52,395 nt of DNA, from positions 18,571,126 through 18,623,520 of the forward strand of contig NC_068993.1 of assembly GCF_001194135.2 (NCBI RefSeq), read 5' to 3'. The position numbers were made by a program, and so were the translations under genes. The stretch is from Octopus bimaculoides (Eukaryota). Positions 40,160 through 51,031 of this stretch are shown in pieces. Positions within the stretch are counted from its first letter, which is position 1. Each line of letters opens with the position of its first letter. Under the pieces are notes generated by a model. That model made no database searches. It had not been told where the DNA came from and saw nothing but the letters and a program-made list of their open reading frames with translations.

Positions 40160-40285
40160 TTAAAGAAAGGAAAAGATGTCTAAAACTGTACAACAACAAT
40201 TTTAATTCTACAGTGATTGTTGTAAAATTCCCTCGAAAATTGACCTGGGGATGAATTGATCAGCGACGAATTGATCGGGAACAAC
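38448..40285 (-). mobile_element. Mutator (MULE) transposon, Phantom-like
   Basis: Both ends are built of inverted TCAATTCGTCG-like subrepeats (38455-38530; 40230-40280) and flank a FLYWCH+MULE pseudogene. Confidence 0.85.
38632..40091 (-). pseudogene. FLYWCH-MULE transposase pseudogene
   Basis: SEKGKIKV..YIY..KIYWRCENR..KARLHT..HDH (FLYWCH); WAADGTYK; MDFERAA; CCSFHLGQN; ARTTNSL*TYHN (catalytic E is a stop at 38866-68); one frameshift near 39295 and several stops. Confidence 0.92.
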
Positions 40286-40536
40286 ATGTATGTATGTATG
40301 TATGTATGTATGTATGAATGTATGTATGTATGTATGTATGCATGTATGTATGTATGTATATATGTATGTATGTATGTATGCATGTATGTATGTATATGTA
40401 TATGTATATCTATATCTATCTATCTATATATACATATATGTATATATACCAGAGTAAACAAAACTGTCCGACGAACGGGAATGTGAAACGCTGAGTAACA
40501 GTTTTTTTGTGATATTTTTGGTGCTTTTTAATAAAG

Positions 40537-40577
<41 letters not shown>

Positions 40578-41489
40578 NNNNNNNNNNNNNNNNNNNNNNN
40601 NNNNNNNNNNNNNNNNNNNNNNNNNNNNNNNNNNNNNNNNNNNNNNNNNNNNNNNNNNNNNNNNNNNNNNNNNNNNNNNNNNNNNNNNNNNNNNNNNNNN
40701 NNNNNNNNNNNNNNNNNNNNNNNNNNNNNNNNNNNNNNNNNNNNNNNNNNNNNNNNNNNNNNNNNNNNNNNNNNNNNNNNNNNNNNNNNNNNNNNNNNNN
40801 NNNNNNNNNNNNNNNNNNNNNNNNNNNNNNNNNNNNNNNNNNNNNNNNNNNNNNNNNNNNNNNNNNNNNNNNNNNNNNNNNNNNNNNNNNNNNNNNNNNN
40901 NNNNNNNNNNNNNNNNNNNNNNNNNNNNNNNNNNNNNNNNNNNNNNNNNNNNNNNNNNNNNNNNNNNNNNNNNNNNNNNNNNNNNNNNNNNNNNNNNNNN
41001 NNNNNNNNNNNNNNNNNNNNNNNNNNNNNNNNNNNNNNNNNNNNNNNNNNNNNNNNNNNNNNNNNNNNNNNNNNNNNNNNNNNNNNNNNNNNNNNNNNNN
41101 NNNNNNNNNNNNNNNNNNNNNNNNNNNNNNNNNNNNNNNNNNNNNNNNNNNNNNNNNNNNNNNNNNNNNNNNNNNNNNNNNNNNNNNNNNNNNNNNNNNN
41201 NNNNNNNNNNNNNNNNNNNNNNNNNNNNNNNNNNNNNNNNNNNNNNNNACACAACCAAATACTATACAATATGACCCTTCCTCCTTAACGTGCTACAATA
41301 CTATTTAAGGATGGTTTAACTGGTGTTTCTAGGAACGTCAATCATTACATAAAGGATCTGTTGGTTTAATTCATTGAAACGAAACATGTATTACGCAGAA
41401 TTATTGAAACAAACAAATAAACAAACAAACTAATACTCGTTAACCTTCCTTTGTTCCCACTTCACAATGTAAAACACATAAAACAAACA

Positions 41490-41715
41490 AGCTGGTCATT
41501 CAAGTGGCTAGAAATAACAGCCAAACTTCTGTTAAGTCACACCCACCAAGCTTAACAAAAGAAAAGAGAAGAAAAAGGATAGGCATCGTACGTAATGTAA
41601 TTTTGGGTTTCTTAATTTTTAGTAAAGAGAGGATGGTCATGGCGGGAATGCTTTTCAACATGACTCTATTTTAGGAAGTCTGATTCGAGTTTAGACAACA
41701 GCAACAACAGCAAAA
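41490..41715 (+). mobile_element. Element E
   Basis: GGCTAGAAATAACAGCCAAA..GGATGGTCATGGCGGGAATG..TTAGACAACAGCAACAAC. Confidence 0.65.
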
Positions 41716-41825
41716 ACAACAACAAAACCACCACCACCACCAACAATGACTGCACTGAAAATAAAGCATCTATTTTCGGATACTAATAATGTATATTTTA
41801 TTAGTTCTGACTTTATACATACATA

Positions 41826-42125
41826 CGTGGTGGTTGTCTACTCCTTACACAGAGTTTGACCACCTCCTGCACCTACACCTTAGCCCTTTCATGGCGTCTG
41901 ATGTGGCTTTTTAAACCAGACGATGTTTTGAAAAAAACACCCACACAGATTGCACCTCTGATTTGCACTACCAATACCTGCAAGTAAGTTCTGCTCATTG
42001 TGGATCCTAACATGTCTTTTAAGACCCCCATTGGATTTGCAAACCCTCTGGCACACACCACATTCAAACGTGTGCACAGACATATGATCAGAATAGCTGG
42101 ATGAGGTTTGTTTTCCATGGGTTCG
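41826..42125 (-). pseudogene. Twin C2H2 zinc-finger coding remnant, probably a LINE (RTE-like) 3' end
   Basis: FECGVCQRVCKSNGGLKRHVRIH (42000-42068) and RCNLCGCFFKTSSGLKSHIRRH (41891-41958, 1-nt frameshift), then stop, ~45-bp trailer and (TATG)n; no TGEKP linker. Confidence 0.7.
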
Positions 42126-42782
42126 CACACATACACACATACATACGTACACACATACATACATACACACACACACATACATACATACACACATACATAC
42201 ATACACACATATATACATACATACATACATACATACATACTTATATACATACATACACACATACATACATACATACATACATGTACATATACATACATAT
42301 ATATATTATATTGTATGTAAATGAATTGTAATAAGTGGATATATATGTATATACATGCATATATATATATTTATGTATATATATATATATATATATATGC
42401 ATGCATATATACGTATGTATGTACATGTGTATATATATATATATATATATATACATGCATATATACATATATATACATATACGTACACACATCTATCTAT
42501 CTATCTATCACTGGTTTTCCACCTTTGGATTTAGTGACACACCAGTGATCAAATACAACAGTTGTGGACACACATAGAAGTTTTTCAAAAAAGTAACTGT
42601 TGCTAAATGTAAAAAAGAAAAAGAAAAAACAAAGAGACTAATCTATTGCATGTTTCATTTTATTAAAACATATTTGTGCGTGACGAAAATTACTAATAAC
42701 ACGTTTTTTAAACACTCAAACAATATTTGTATAGAATTTCTAAAGTCATAAGTTTATATTTTAAAGATATCTTCTACAGGTA

Positions 42783-43140
42783 CAGGTGTGGCTGTATGGT
42801 AGGAAGCTTACTAGCCGGGCGATATACTTAGCGGTATTTCGTCTGCCGTTACGTTCTGAGTTCAAATTCCGCCCAGGTCGACTTTGCCTTTCATCCTTTC
42901 CGGGTCGATAAATTAAGTACCAGTTACGCACTGGGGTCGATGTAATCGACTTAGTCCCTTTGTCTGTCCTTGTTGTCCCCTCTGTGTGTAGCCCCTTGTG
43001 GGCGGTAAAGAAATAAGAAGCTTACTACCCAACCACATGGTTCCGGGTTCAGTCCCGCTGCGTGGCACCTTGGTCAAGTGTCTTCTATTATATCCTCGGG
43101 TCGACCACAGCCTTGTGAGTGGATTTGGTAGACGGAAACT
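42783..43140 (+). mobile_element. SINE-C 5' half, split in its tRNA head by a SINE-A insertion
   Basis: CAGGTGTGGCTGTATGGTAGGAAGCTTACTA | insert | AAGAAGCTTACTACCCAACCACATGGTTCCGGG..GACGGAAACT. Confidence 0.9.
42814..43016 (+). mobile_element. SINE-A, 5'-truncated, with TSD
   Basis: Flanked by GAAGCTTACTA at 42803-42813 and 43017-43027. Confidence 0.92.
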
Positions 43141-43685
43141 NNNNNNNNNNNNNNNNNNNNNNNNNNNNNNNNNNNNNNNNNNNNNNNNNNNNNNNNNNNN
43201 NNNNNNNNNNNNNNNNNNNNNNNNNNNNNNNNNNNNNNNNNNNNNNNNNNNNNNNNNNNNNNNNNNNNNNNNNNNNNNNNNNNNNNNNNNNNNNNNNNNN
43301 NNNNNNNNNNNNNNNNNNNNNNNNNNNNNNNNNNNNNNNNNNNNNNNNNNNNNNNNNNNNNNNNNNNNNNNNNNNNNNNNNNNNNNNNNNNNNNNNNNNN
43401 NNNNNNNNNNNNNNNNNNNNNNNNNNNNNNNNNNNNNNNNNNNNNNNNNNNNNNNNNNNNNNNNNNNNNNNNNNNNNNNNNNNNNNNNNNNNNNNNNNNN
43501 NNNNNNNNNNNNNNNNNNNNNNNNNNNNNNNNNNNNNNNNNNNNNNNNNNNNNNNNNNNNNNNNNNNNNNNNNNNNNNNNNNNNNNNNNNNNNNNNNNNN
43601 NNNNNNNNNNNNNNNNNNNNNNNNNNNNNNNNNNNNNNNNNNNNNNNNNNNNNNNNNNNNNNNNNNNNNNNNNNNNNNNNNNNNN

Positions 43686-43732
<47 letters not shown>

Positions 43733-43800
43733 TACACCGGGCTTCTTTCAGTTTCCGTCTACCAAATCCACTCACAAGGCTTTGGTCGGCCCGAGGCTAT
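43686..43800 (-). mobile_element. SINE-C middle fragment with (TA)n
   Basis: 43750-43796 is the reverse complement of 43094-43140 (45/47 identical). Confidence 0.85.
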
Positions 43801-43934
43801 ATATATAGCTGAGGGATTAAAATTAATCAAAGGACATACTAAGTATGCCTACCTACTGGAAATAACAGTCAAATCCCCTATTTAAATTGCCAAAATACAC
43901 TGATAATAACTACAGAAATCAACCGTCCGAAGGT

Positions 43935-44171
43935 TGTGTGTGTGTGTGTGTGTGTGTGTGTCTTTTCCCCCCACCACCGCTTCACAACCGGTGTCGGTGT
44001 GTTTACGTCCCCGTAACTTAGCAGTTCGGCAAAAGGAACGGATATAACAAGTTCGAGGCTTAACAGAAATAAGTCCTGGGTGTCGATTTATTCGACTAAA
44101 AACAAATTGCACAAGGCGGTGTCCCAGCATGGCCGCAGTCTAATGAGCGAAACAAGTAACAGATAAAGATA
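43935..44171 (+). mobile_element. SINE-C 3' half after (TG)n
   Basis: GTTTACGTCCCCGTAACTTAGCAGTTCGGCAAAAG..CCAGCATGGCCGCAGTC..AAACAAGTAA. Confidence 0.85.
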
Positions 44172-44430
44172 TCTGCTAAAACCTAGCTTCATAGCATTGA
44201 GTCGATGAGAATTAATTCTTCACTCAAATCCAAATGTATTCTATTGCCGGTGGTAGTACCTCTAAATTGTCACCGATTCTGTCACAGAGCAGAATAGGTT
44301 TTGTGCTTGAAGCACAACGAAAAGTAACAATCAGATTTAAGCTAAGGAAAAGAAAATGATAATCAAATACGTCTTCCCGTCAGCCACTTCGCCGGATCTC
44401 AGTTTTATAGAAAAGGAAAATAAGGTTCTT

Positions 44431-44611
44431 TTATCCTTTATCTTTTACTAGTTTCAGTGATTTTACAGCGACCATGCTGGGGCACTGCCTCGAGAAATTT
44501 TTGTCGAGCCCAAGTAATTTTTTTTTTGAGCCCAGTACTTTTCTCCTGGTCTTTTTGCCGAACCGCTAAGTAATGGGGACATAAACTCACTAACACCGGT
44601 TGTCAACCGGT

Positions 44612-44703
<92 letters not shown>

Positions 44704-44862
44704 GACAGGCTCTTTTCAGTTTCCGTCTACCAAATCCACTCACAAAATTGTGGTCGGCCCGAGACTATAGTAGAAGACGCGTGACCAAAGCGCCATGCAA
44801 TGGGACTGAACCCGAAGCCATGTGCTTACGAAGCAAGCTTCCAATCACACAGTCACACCTAC
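44431..44862 (-). mobile_element. SINE-C, near full length, with internal (CT)n/(CA)n
   Basis: Head, middle and tail all recognisable. Confidence 0.85.
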
Positions 44863-44898
44863 CACTAGATTGTGAGATTTGTGTACACCTTAGATATA

Positions 44899-46148
44899 TT
44901 AGGTTGTCTCACATGAAATGTATCTTAAATGGGTTTCTTATGAGTCATCTATAAATGGATTTTTAATGAGTTTCTATGCATATGCTTGTATTTACACTTA
45001 ACTCTTTCTAGACAATACTATTATTCAAAATTGCTACCCACGGCTCTTATGACAATGTTGACAACTGAACAATACCGAGAATTTTTCTTGTACGAGTACA
45101 AGTTGAGTCACTCTGTCACCGAAGCTCTACGAAACATCAAGCGGGCTTTTGGTAACGATTCTGTTGACATTAGAACTGTTGAGAGATGGTTTCAAAGATT
45201 TCATTCAAGAAATGAAAGCCTTAAAAATGAACCAAAAAGGGAGACCAAAACCAGTTATTCGGCATGATGAATTGAATGCTTTGGTTGAGCGAAATCCGAG
45301 AACAACAGTCCGAAAAATCGGATCAGAGCTCCAGACATCTCCCGCAACTGTTTCTCGACACTTGAAGAAAATTGGGAAAGTCAAAAAGATTGATAGGGTT
45401 GTTACCCATCAACTTAATGACATTCAAAGAAACAGAAGCCTTACAGTATGTTCCATGTTGATTTCTCGGCTGGAAAGAGAACCATTTTTGTATCGACTTA
45501 TTACGTGTGATAAGAAATGGATACTCTTTGATAACAGCAGGAGGACAGGATAGTGGCTAGATGTAGGAGAGTCACCAAAACACTATCCAAAATCACCATT
45601 GCACTCTAAGTAGTTGATGGTCACTGCATGGTGGCCAACAAAAGGGGTTATTCATTATTCACTTTTGCAACAAGGAAAAACTGTAACAGCAACATCCTAT
45701 TGTCAGGAAATTGATTGTATGCATGAAAAATTAAAAAAGAAGCAACCCAGACTAGTGAATAGAGATGGTTCAATTTTGCATCATGATAATGCACGGCCTC
45801 ACACTTTTCAAGCTGCGGTTCACAGGTTGCAAAGCCTAATTATGAAATTTTGGCACATCCTCCTTATTCTCCCGATATCTTTCCTACTGATTATCATATA
45901 TTTAAACACTTCGAGCTTGCTATACGCAATAAAACATTCTTAAATAAAGAAGAGGTAATTGAAACATTCGAACAGTTTATCAGTGTAAAAGCTGACAAAT
46001 TCTTTGAAGATGGAATATATGCCGTAGGAGAACGTTGGATGAAGGTCACAAATGAACAAGGATCATATTTTGATTAAATATTCTAAAACTTAAAAAAGAG
46101 TTTAATGTTTCTTTTTTCAAATGCGACATTTCATGTGAGACAACCTAA
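44899..46148 (+). mobile_element. Full-length mariner transposon (1250 bp; Hsmar1/cecropia-like TTAGGTTG ends)
   Basis: Perfect 23-bp TIR TTAGGTTGTCTCACATGAAATGT; TA TSD at 44897-98 and 46149-50. Confidence 0.97.
45049..46077 (+). pseudogene. Mariner DD34D transposase pseudogene
   Basis: HTH region (TVERWFQRF), TCDKKWI, HHDNARPH, HPPYSPDIFPTDY, ERWMKV..GSYFD*; two frameshifts (~45240, ~45840) and two TAG stops. Confidence 0.95.
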
Positions 46149-46552
46149 TATTTTCGACATCATTGGAATGCACTAGCTAATGCCTGAGAAGAAATCCAAG
46201 ATTTCTTTTCTTTGTCTGAGAGAAAGTTTTCTTGTTTTGAGGAATGATGAAATGAAAATCTGTAACTTTCATACCATTCTCGAAAATACTAGTGGCGACA
46301 GATAGCATGTTATTAATTGACATTGTTTACGTTTACGTCTTATGTTATAAGGTTCACGTTCCATACTTCATGATACTGGTTTTTTGTTTTTCGGTTATGT
46401 TGGTATGAAGTATAGCTGTGCAGTTAAGATCGCTTACAGGATTATGTGGATGGGTTGGTATTAGATCCCATATAACTTGCCTTGTGCACTTGCCTTGAAC
46501 CATAACCTCGGATCAACCAAAGCCTTGTACGGGAAATATGATGGACTGTATC

Positions 46553-46890
46553 TGTGACATTCTGCGGGAGGGACAGTTCCTTCTGTTGAGAAATAGGCTT
46601 AATGTGTTGTCAGGTTTAAGACTAACTTCTGACTTTTGAATGGCCTAATCTCTAAGGTTCCGGTGTGAAGCTCACTTCCTCTCTTCTTCACACTAGTTTA
46701 GTCCAGGAGGCCCCGAAAAGGGTCATAGGCATCGTCCTTTCTCTATTCACTAAGCAATTAAAACAACACACAAATCAGCATGTGTACAGGGTCTTCATTT
46801 CCTGATGGAGTCGTAGGGGCACTGTCACCACATGCTGCATCTCTTGATTAAATAAAGCTGATTCATTCTATTGTTCTCCAAGTCTAACGG
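46553..46890 (+). mobile_element. Possible solo LTR
   Basis: Starts TGTGACA next to a degenerate SINE-C, is higher in GC, has AATAAA at ~46851; no TSD found. Confidence 0.3.
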
Positions 46891-47228
46891 CAGATGATTT
46901 CAGGAGGAAACAAAGAAGAAAACGAGAGGATGTGAGTTATGTATGTGCATAAAAAAAAAAACGCAAAGAAATCGAATATTTGGTTGACCAACTCCGGAAG
47001 TATAAAAGGCAAAGTTCACCTTAGCGAGATTTGAACTCACTCAGCGCTCATATATCCGGAATGAATATTACAAGGTACTATGTCTAACTCACTAGTGATT
47101 CTGATCCTCCACCGTCTGAGTGGAGGAATATTTTCTATTAAATCCCTCCCAGTATAATATAAGTCAGCCTTTGTGAAATTTAAACCTTGGTCGTGAAGGG
47201 ACAAAGCTAAATGCTTCATAGCATTTTG

Positions 47229-47680
<452 letters not shown>

Positions 47681-48708
47681 AGTTTCTTGAAGTATCTGCC
47701 TCTATAAATATGTGTTTCTTTCTAAACTGTTAATAGAATTAAGACGTATGTTGTTACCACGAACTATTAAGAAACAGTAACCTCATATCGTTCCTTTTCC
47801 ATTAAAAATCGAGAAGGCCACATTTGATAATGTAGTCCGGCGTATAAAAAGAAATATGGAGAAAATGAAAAAAAAAAATAAAAATAAAAATAAATAAATA
47901 AAAACAAAACAAAGAAAAAAAATCTGATGGGTGGTCATGCCTGGAAAATTTTTAATCATGAAATCTGATCGATCAGAATAGAGCCGAAACGGAACATCAA
48001 TTACAAACATTTAAGACCAATCGTGGGTGTAGTCTTTGTTTTCTACAGGGCATGCTAGAAATGGCAGCCAAATTTCTTTCAAATTACACTTAACCAACTT
48101 AAGGAAAAATCAGCAGATAACGAAAATCAGGTAAGATAGTCCTAGTTATACTACGCAATAGATAAATAGATAAATAAAATAAAACAAAATCAACCGCCCC
48201 TTCAAAAAAAAAAAAAAAAAAAAAAAAAAGAAACATAGACACAGGACAAGGCCGAGTGCTAAGGAAGTTCCCTTCACAAATCTGACACCCGGTTCAATCT
48301 CACTGTGCAGGATGTTTGGTATTTGTCCTTTACTATATATATAAAAGCATATGGAACTAAGCCATGGAATCATGTCGTGCTTCTTTTAAAGATTGGTGGG
48401 TGAAAACAAAGATAAATTTGAACAAAGCTGTGTTCAAATTCAGAACAGTTAAAATTCAGAGACACTTTGTTCGATAGTGTTGTTGTTGTTGCTGATGTCT
48501 ATGTTATCTCTGATTTGAGAGATATAGATGATCAAAGATTTCCCTATCCGCGGTTTTCCTAAATTTCAGTTTCATACACAATAAATCCAAAGACACATTT
48601 ATTAATATATTCTTTATTTTTAAGGCGACAGGTTATGATTTAGCTGCTATTTCTAGCATCTGGAGCAAATAATTTCGGGTTGACTCTCGCAGGTTTGTTG
48701 TTACAGTG

Positions 48709-48814
48709 CAGTGGTTCCCAACATTTTCACAATGGCTCCCAACAATGGTTCTCAACCTTCTTATTTAAATGAGTTTTCCTACGGACTCCTTTTAATATGC
48801 TTATCCATATATGT

Positions 48815-48886
<72 letters not shown>

Positions 48887-49256
48887 NNNNNNNNNNNNNN
48901 NNNNNNNNNNNNNNNNNNNNNNNNNNNNNNNNNNNNNNNNNNNNNNNNNNNNNNNNNNNNNNNNNNNNNNNNNNNNNNNNNNNNNNNNNNNNNNNNNNNN
49001 NNNNNNNNNNNNNNNNNNNNNNNNNNNNNNNNNNNNNNNNNNNNNNNNNNNNNNNNNNNNNNNNNNNNNNNNNNNNNNNNNNNNNNNNNNNNNNNNNNNN
49101 NNNNNNNNNNNNNNNNNNNNNNNNNNNNNNNNNNNNNNNNNNNNNNNNNNNNNNNNNNNNNNNTATATATACACACACATACATACATATGAAATTTTGA
49201 ATTTAGTTCACGGACCCCCAGTACCACCTTTGCGGGCCCTAGGTTGGGAACCACTG
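48709..49256. mobile_element. hAT MITE with internal (TG)n and a gap
   Basis: Perfect 14-bp TIR CAGTGGTTCCCAAC; 8-bp TSD TTACAGTG / TTATAGTG. Confidence 0.9.
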
Positions 49257-49309
49257 TTATAGTGTATTATCATAGAGGACAGCATATATAATACAAGATT
49301 TTTAGTATA

Positions 49310-49525
49310 GCCTTTAGCATTTAAACCTGTCATATTCTGCTCAAATATTCTACATATTTTATGTTAAAACTGGCGAGAGCTGGCCTCTCACACCTATCAT
49401 ACAATGTCATTCTAAAAATAAACAATCACAATCGAAATCGTGATGTTATGAGATAATGTAGGATTAATTCAAAACGATGTGAATGCATCAACGTTGCATT
49501 CGGTAATCTAAACTTTGAAGGAGTA
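49310..49525. mobile_element. Probable piggyBac-type MITE, degenerate
   Basis: Left end CCTTTAGCATTTAAACC; resembles a TTAA-flanked CCCTTTAGCATT-TIR MITE recalled from octopus; right end degraded. Confidence 0.45.
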
Positions 49526-49723
49526 GGGTCTTCCTGTGGTTAACTTATTTGTATATAAACTCTGTCATTTAAAGGTTGCTCTATTGCCAGGAAATGGAGT
49601 TCTGACTGTTGAAGACACACACGCTATTAGATCCGTTTATTGTTTAACAAAGTTATATTATGATTTTATCTCACGCTGAGTTATTAGTCTGAAGCTGAGA
49701 ATAACACTTTCACTGTTTAAATA

Positions 49724-49910
49724 TTGATTTCGAATTTTGACATAAGGCCAGCAAGTTAGTGGGAGGGGCTAAGCCAGTTACATGGACCTCGCGGCTCAAC
49801 TGGTACTTATTTTATCGACCCCGAAAGGATGAAAAGCAGAATCAATCTCAGAGGAATTTGAACTCAGAACACAAAGACGGACGAAATGTTGTGAAGCAGT
49901 TTGTCTGACG
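49724..49910 (-). mobile_element. SINE-A, stack copy 1
   Basis: Tail AAATTCGAAATCAA; extends 5' past the B box. Confidence 0.88.
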
Positions 49911-49926
49911 TTTCACTGTTGAAATA

Positions 49927-50061
49927 TTGGTTTCAAATTTTGGCACAAGGCTAGCGATTTCAGAAGAGAGGGGCTAAGTCGATTACATCGACCCCATTGC
50001 TCAACTGGGCTTATTTTATCGATCCAGAAAGAATGAAAGTCAAAGTCGACCTCGGCGGAAT
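49927..50061 (-). mobile_element. SINE-A, stack copy 2
   Basis: Tail AAATTTGAAACCAA; 5'-truncated at AATTCCGCCGAGG. Confidence 0.88.
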
Positions 50062-50077
50062 TTTCACTGTTTAAATA

Positions 50078-50210
50078 TTCTTTTCTACTCTCGGCACAAA
50101 GCCCGAGATTTTTGGGGAGTGGGGCCAGTCGATTAGATCGACCCCAGTACACGACTGGCACTTAGTTTAACGACCCCGAAAGGATGAAAGGCAAAGTTGA
50201 GCTCGGCGAC
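50078..50210 (-). mobile_element. SINE-A, stack copy 3
   Basis: Different tail GAGTAGAAAAGAA; 5'-truncated at GTCGCCGAGC. Confidence 0.88.
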
Positions 50211-50242
50211 CACTTTTTAAATATTAAGCACTGTGATGAGAC

Positions 50243-50458
50243 GTCGAGCTGGTTCAATCTTTAGCACATCGGACAAAATGCTTTGCGGCATTTCGTCCGT
50301 CTTTGCCCTTTGAGTTCAAATTTCGCAGAGGTCGATTTTGCCTTTCATCATTTCGAGGTCGATAAATTAAGCACCAGCTGAGCACTGGAATTGATGCAGT
50401 CGACTTACTTACGCCCACAAAATTGCTGAACTTGTGCCAAAATTTTAAAGCAATATTA
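50243..50458 (+). mobile_element. SINE-A, full length, inverted relative to the stack
   Basis: GTCGAGCTGG..GAGTTCAAATTTC..core..CTTGTGCCAAAATTTTAAAGCAATATT. Confidence 0.88.
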
Positions 50459-50633
50459 TACACTGGGATATAACCATTCAAGCACTCACTAACATACATA
50501 TATATATATGTGTATATATACTTATACACATTTAAGTATGTGTATATATATATACATATATATATATATACATACTTAAATGTGTATATATATATATATA
50601 TATAAATGTGTATATATAAACATGTTTTTTTTA

Positions 50634-51031
50634 ATTCTTTTACTTGTTTCAGTCATTTTACTGTGGCCATGCTAGAACACCGCCTTGGAGGGTTTTAGTT
50701 GAATAAATCGACCCCAGGACTTATTTTTTTAAGGCCTGTAACTGATTCTATCGGGCTCTTTTTGCCGAACTGCTTGGTTACGGGGACGTAAACACATCAA
50801 CACCGGTTGTCGAGCTGTGATGGGGGTACAAACACAGACACACATACATACACATACACACATACACATATCTATATACACGACAGGTTTCCTTTAGTTT
50901 CCATCTACGAAATCCTCTCACAAGGCTTCGCTCGACCCGAGGTTATAGCAGAAGACACTTGCCCAAGATGCTACGCAGTGGGAATCAACCCGGAACCATG
51001 TGGTTGAGAAACAAGGTTCTTACCATACATG
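50634..51031 (-). mobile_element. SINE-C, full length, with short internal CA/TA tract
   Basis: Head ATGTATGGTAAGAACCTTG..GGTTCCGGGTTGATTCCC; ~45-bp degenerate microsatellite; tail GAAACAAGTAAAAGAAT. Confidence 0.88.

Noticed and set aside
42507-42549. 9-bp stem hairpin ATCACTGGT/ACCAGTGAT as a Helitron 3' end
   Set aside because: No downstream CTRR terminus; expected by chance.
44986-46077. SETMAR-like domesticated transposase gene
   Set aside because: Frameshifts, stops, intact TIRs and no SET exon indicate a dead transposon.
48049-48130. Strong splice signals TTTTCTACAG...CAG/GTAAGA with one open frame
   Set aside because: The interior is element E sequence; at most an exonised repeat, with no supporting evidence.
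49708-50223. Short direct repeats with spacers as a CRISPR-like array
   Set aside because: The spacers are SINE copies, so the repeats are better explained as TSDs.
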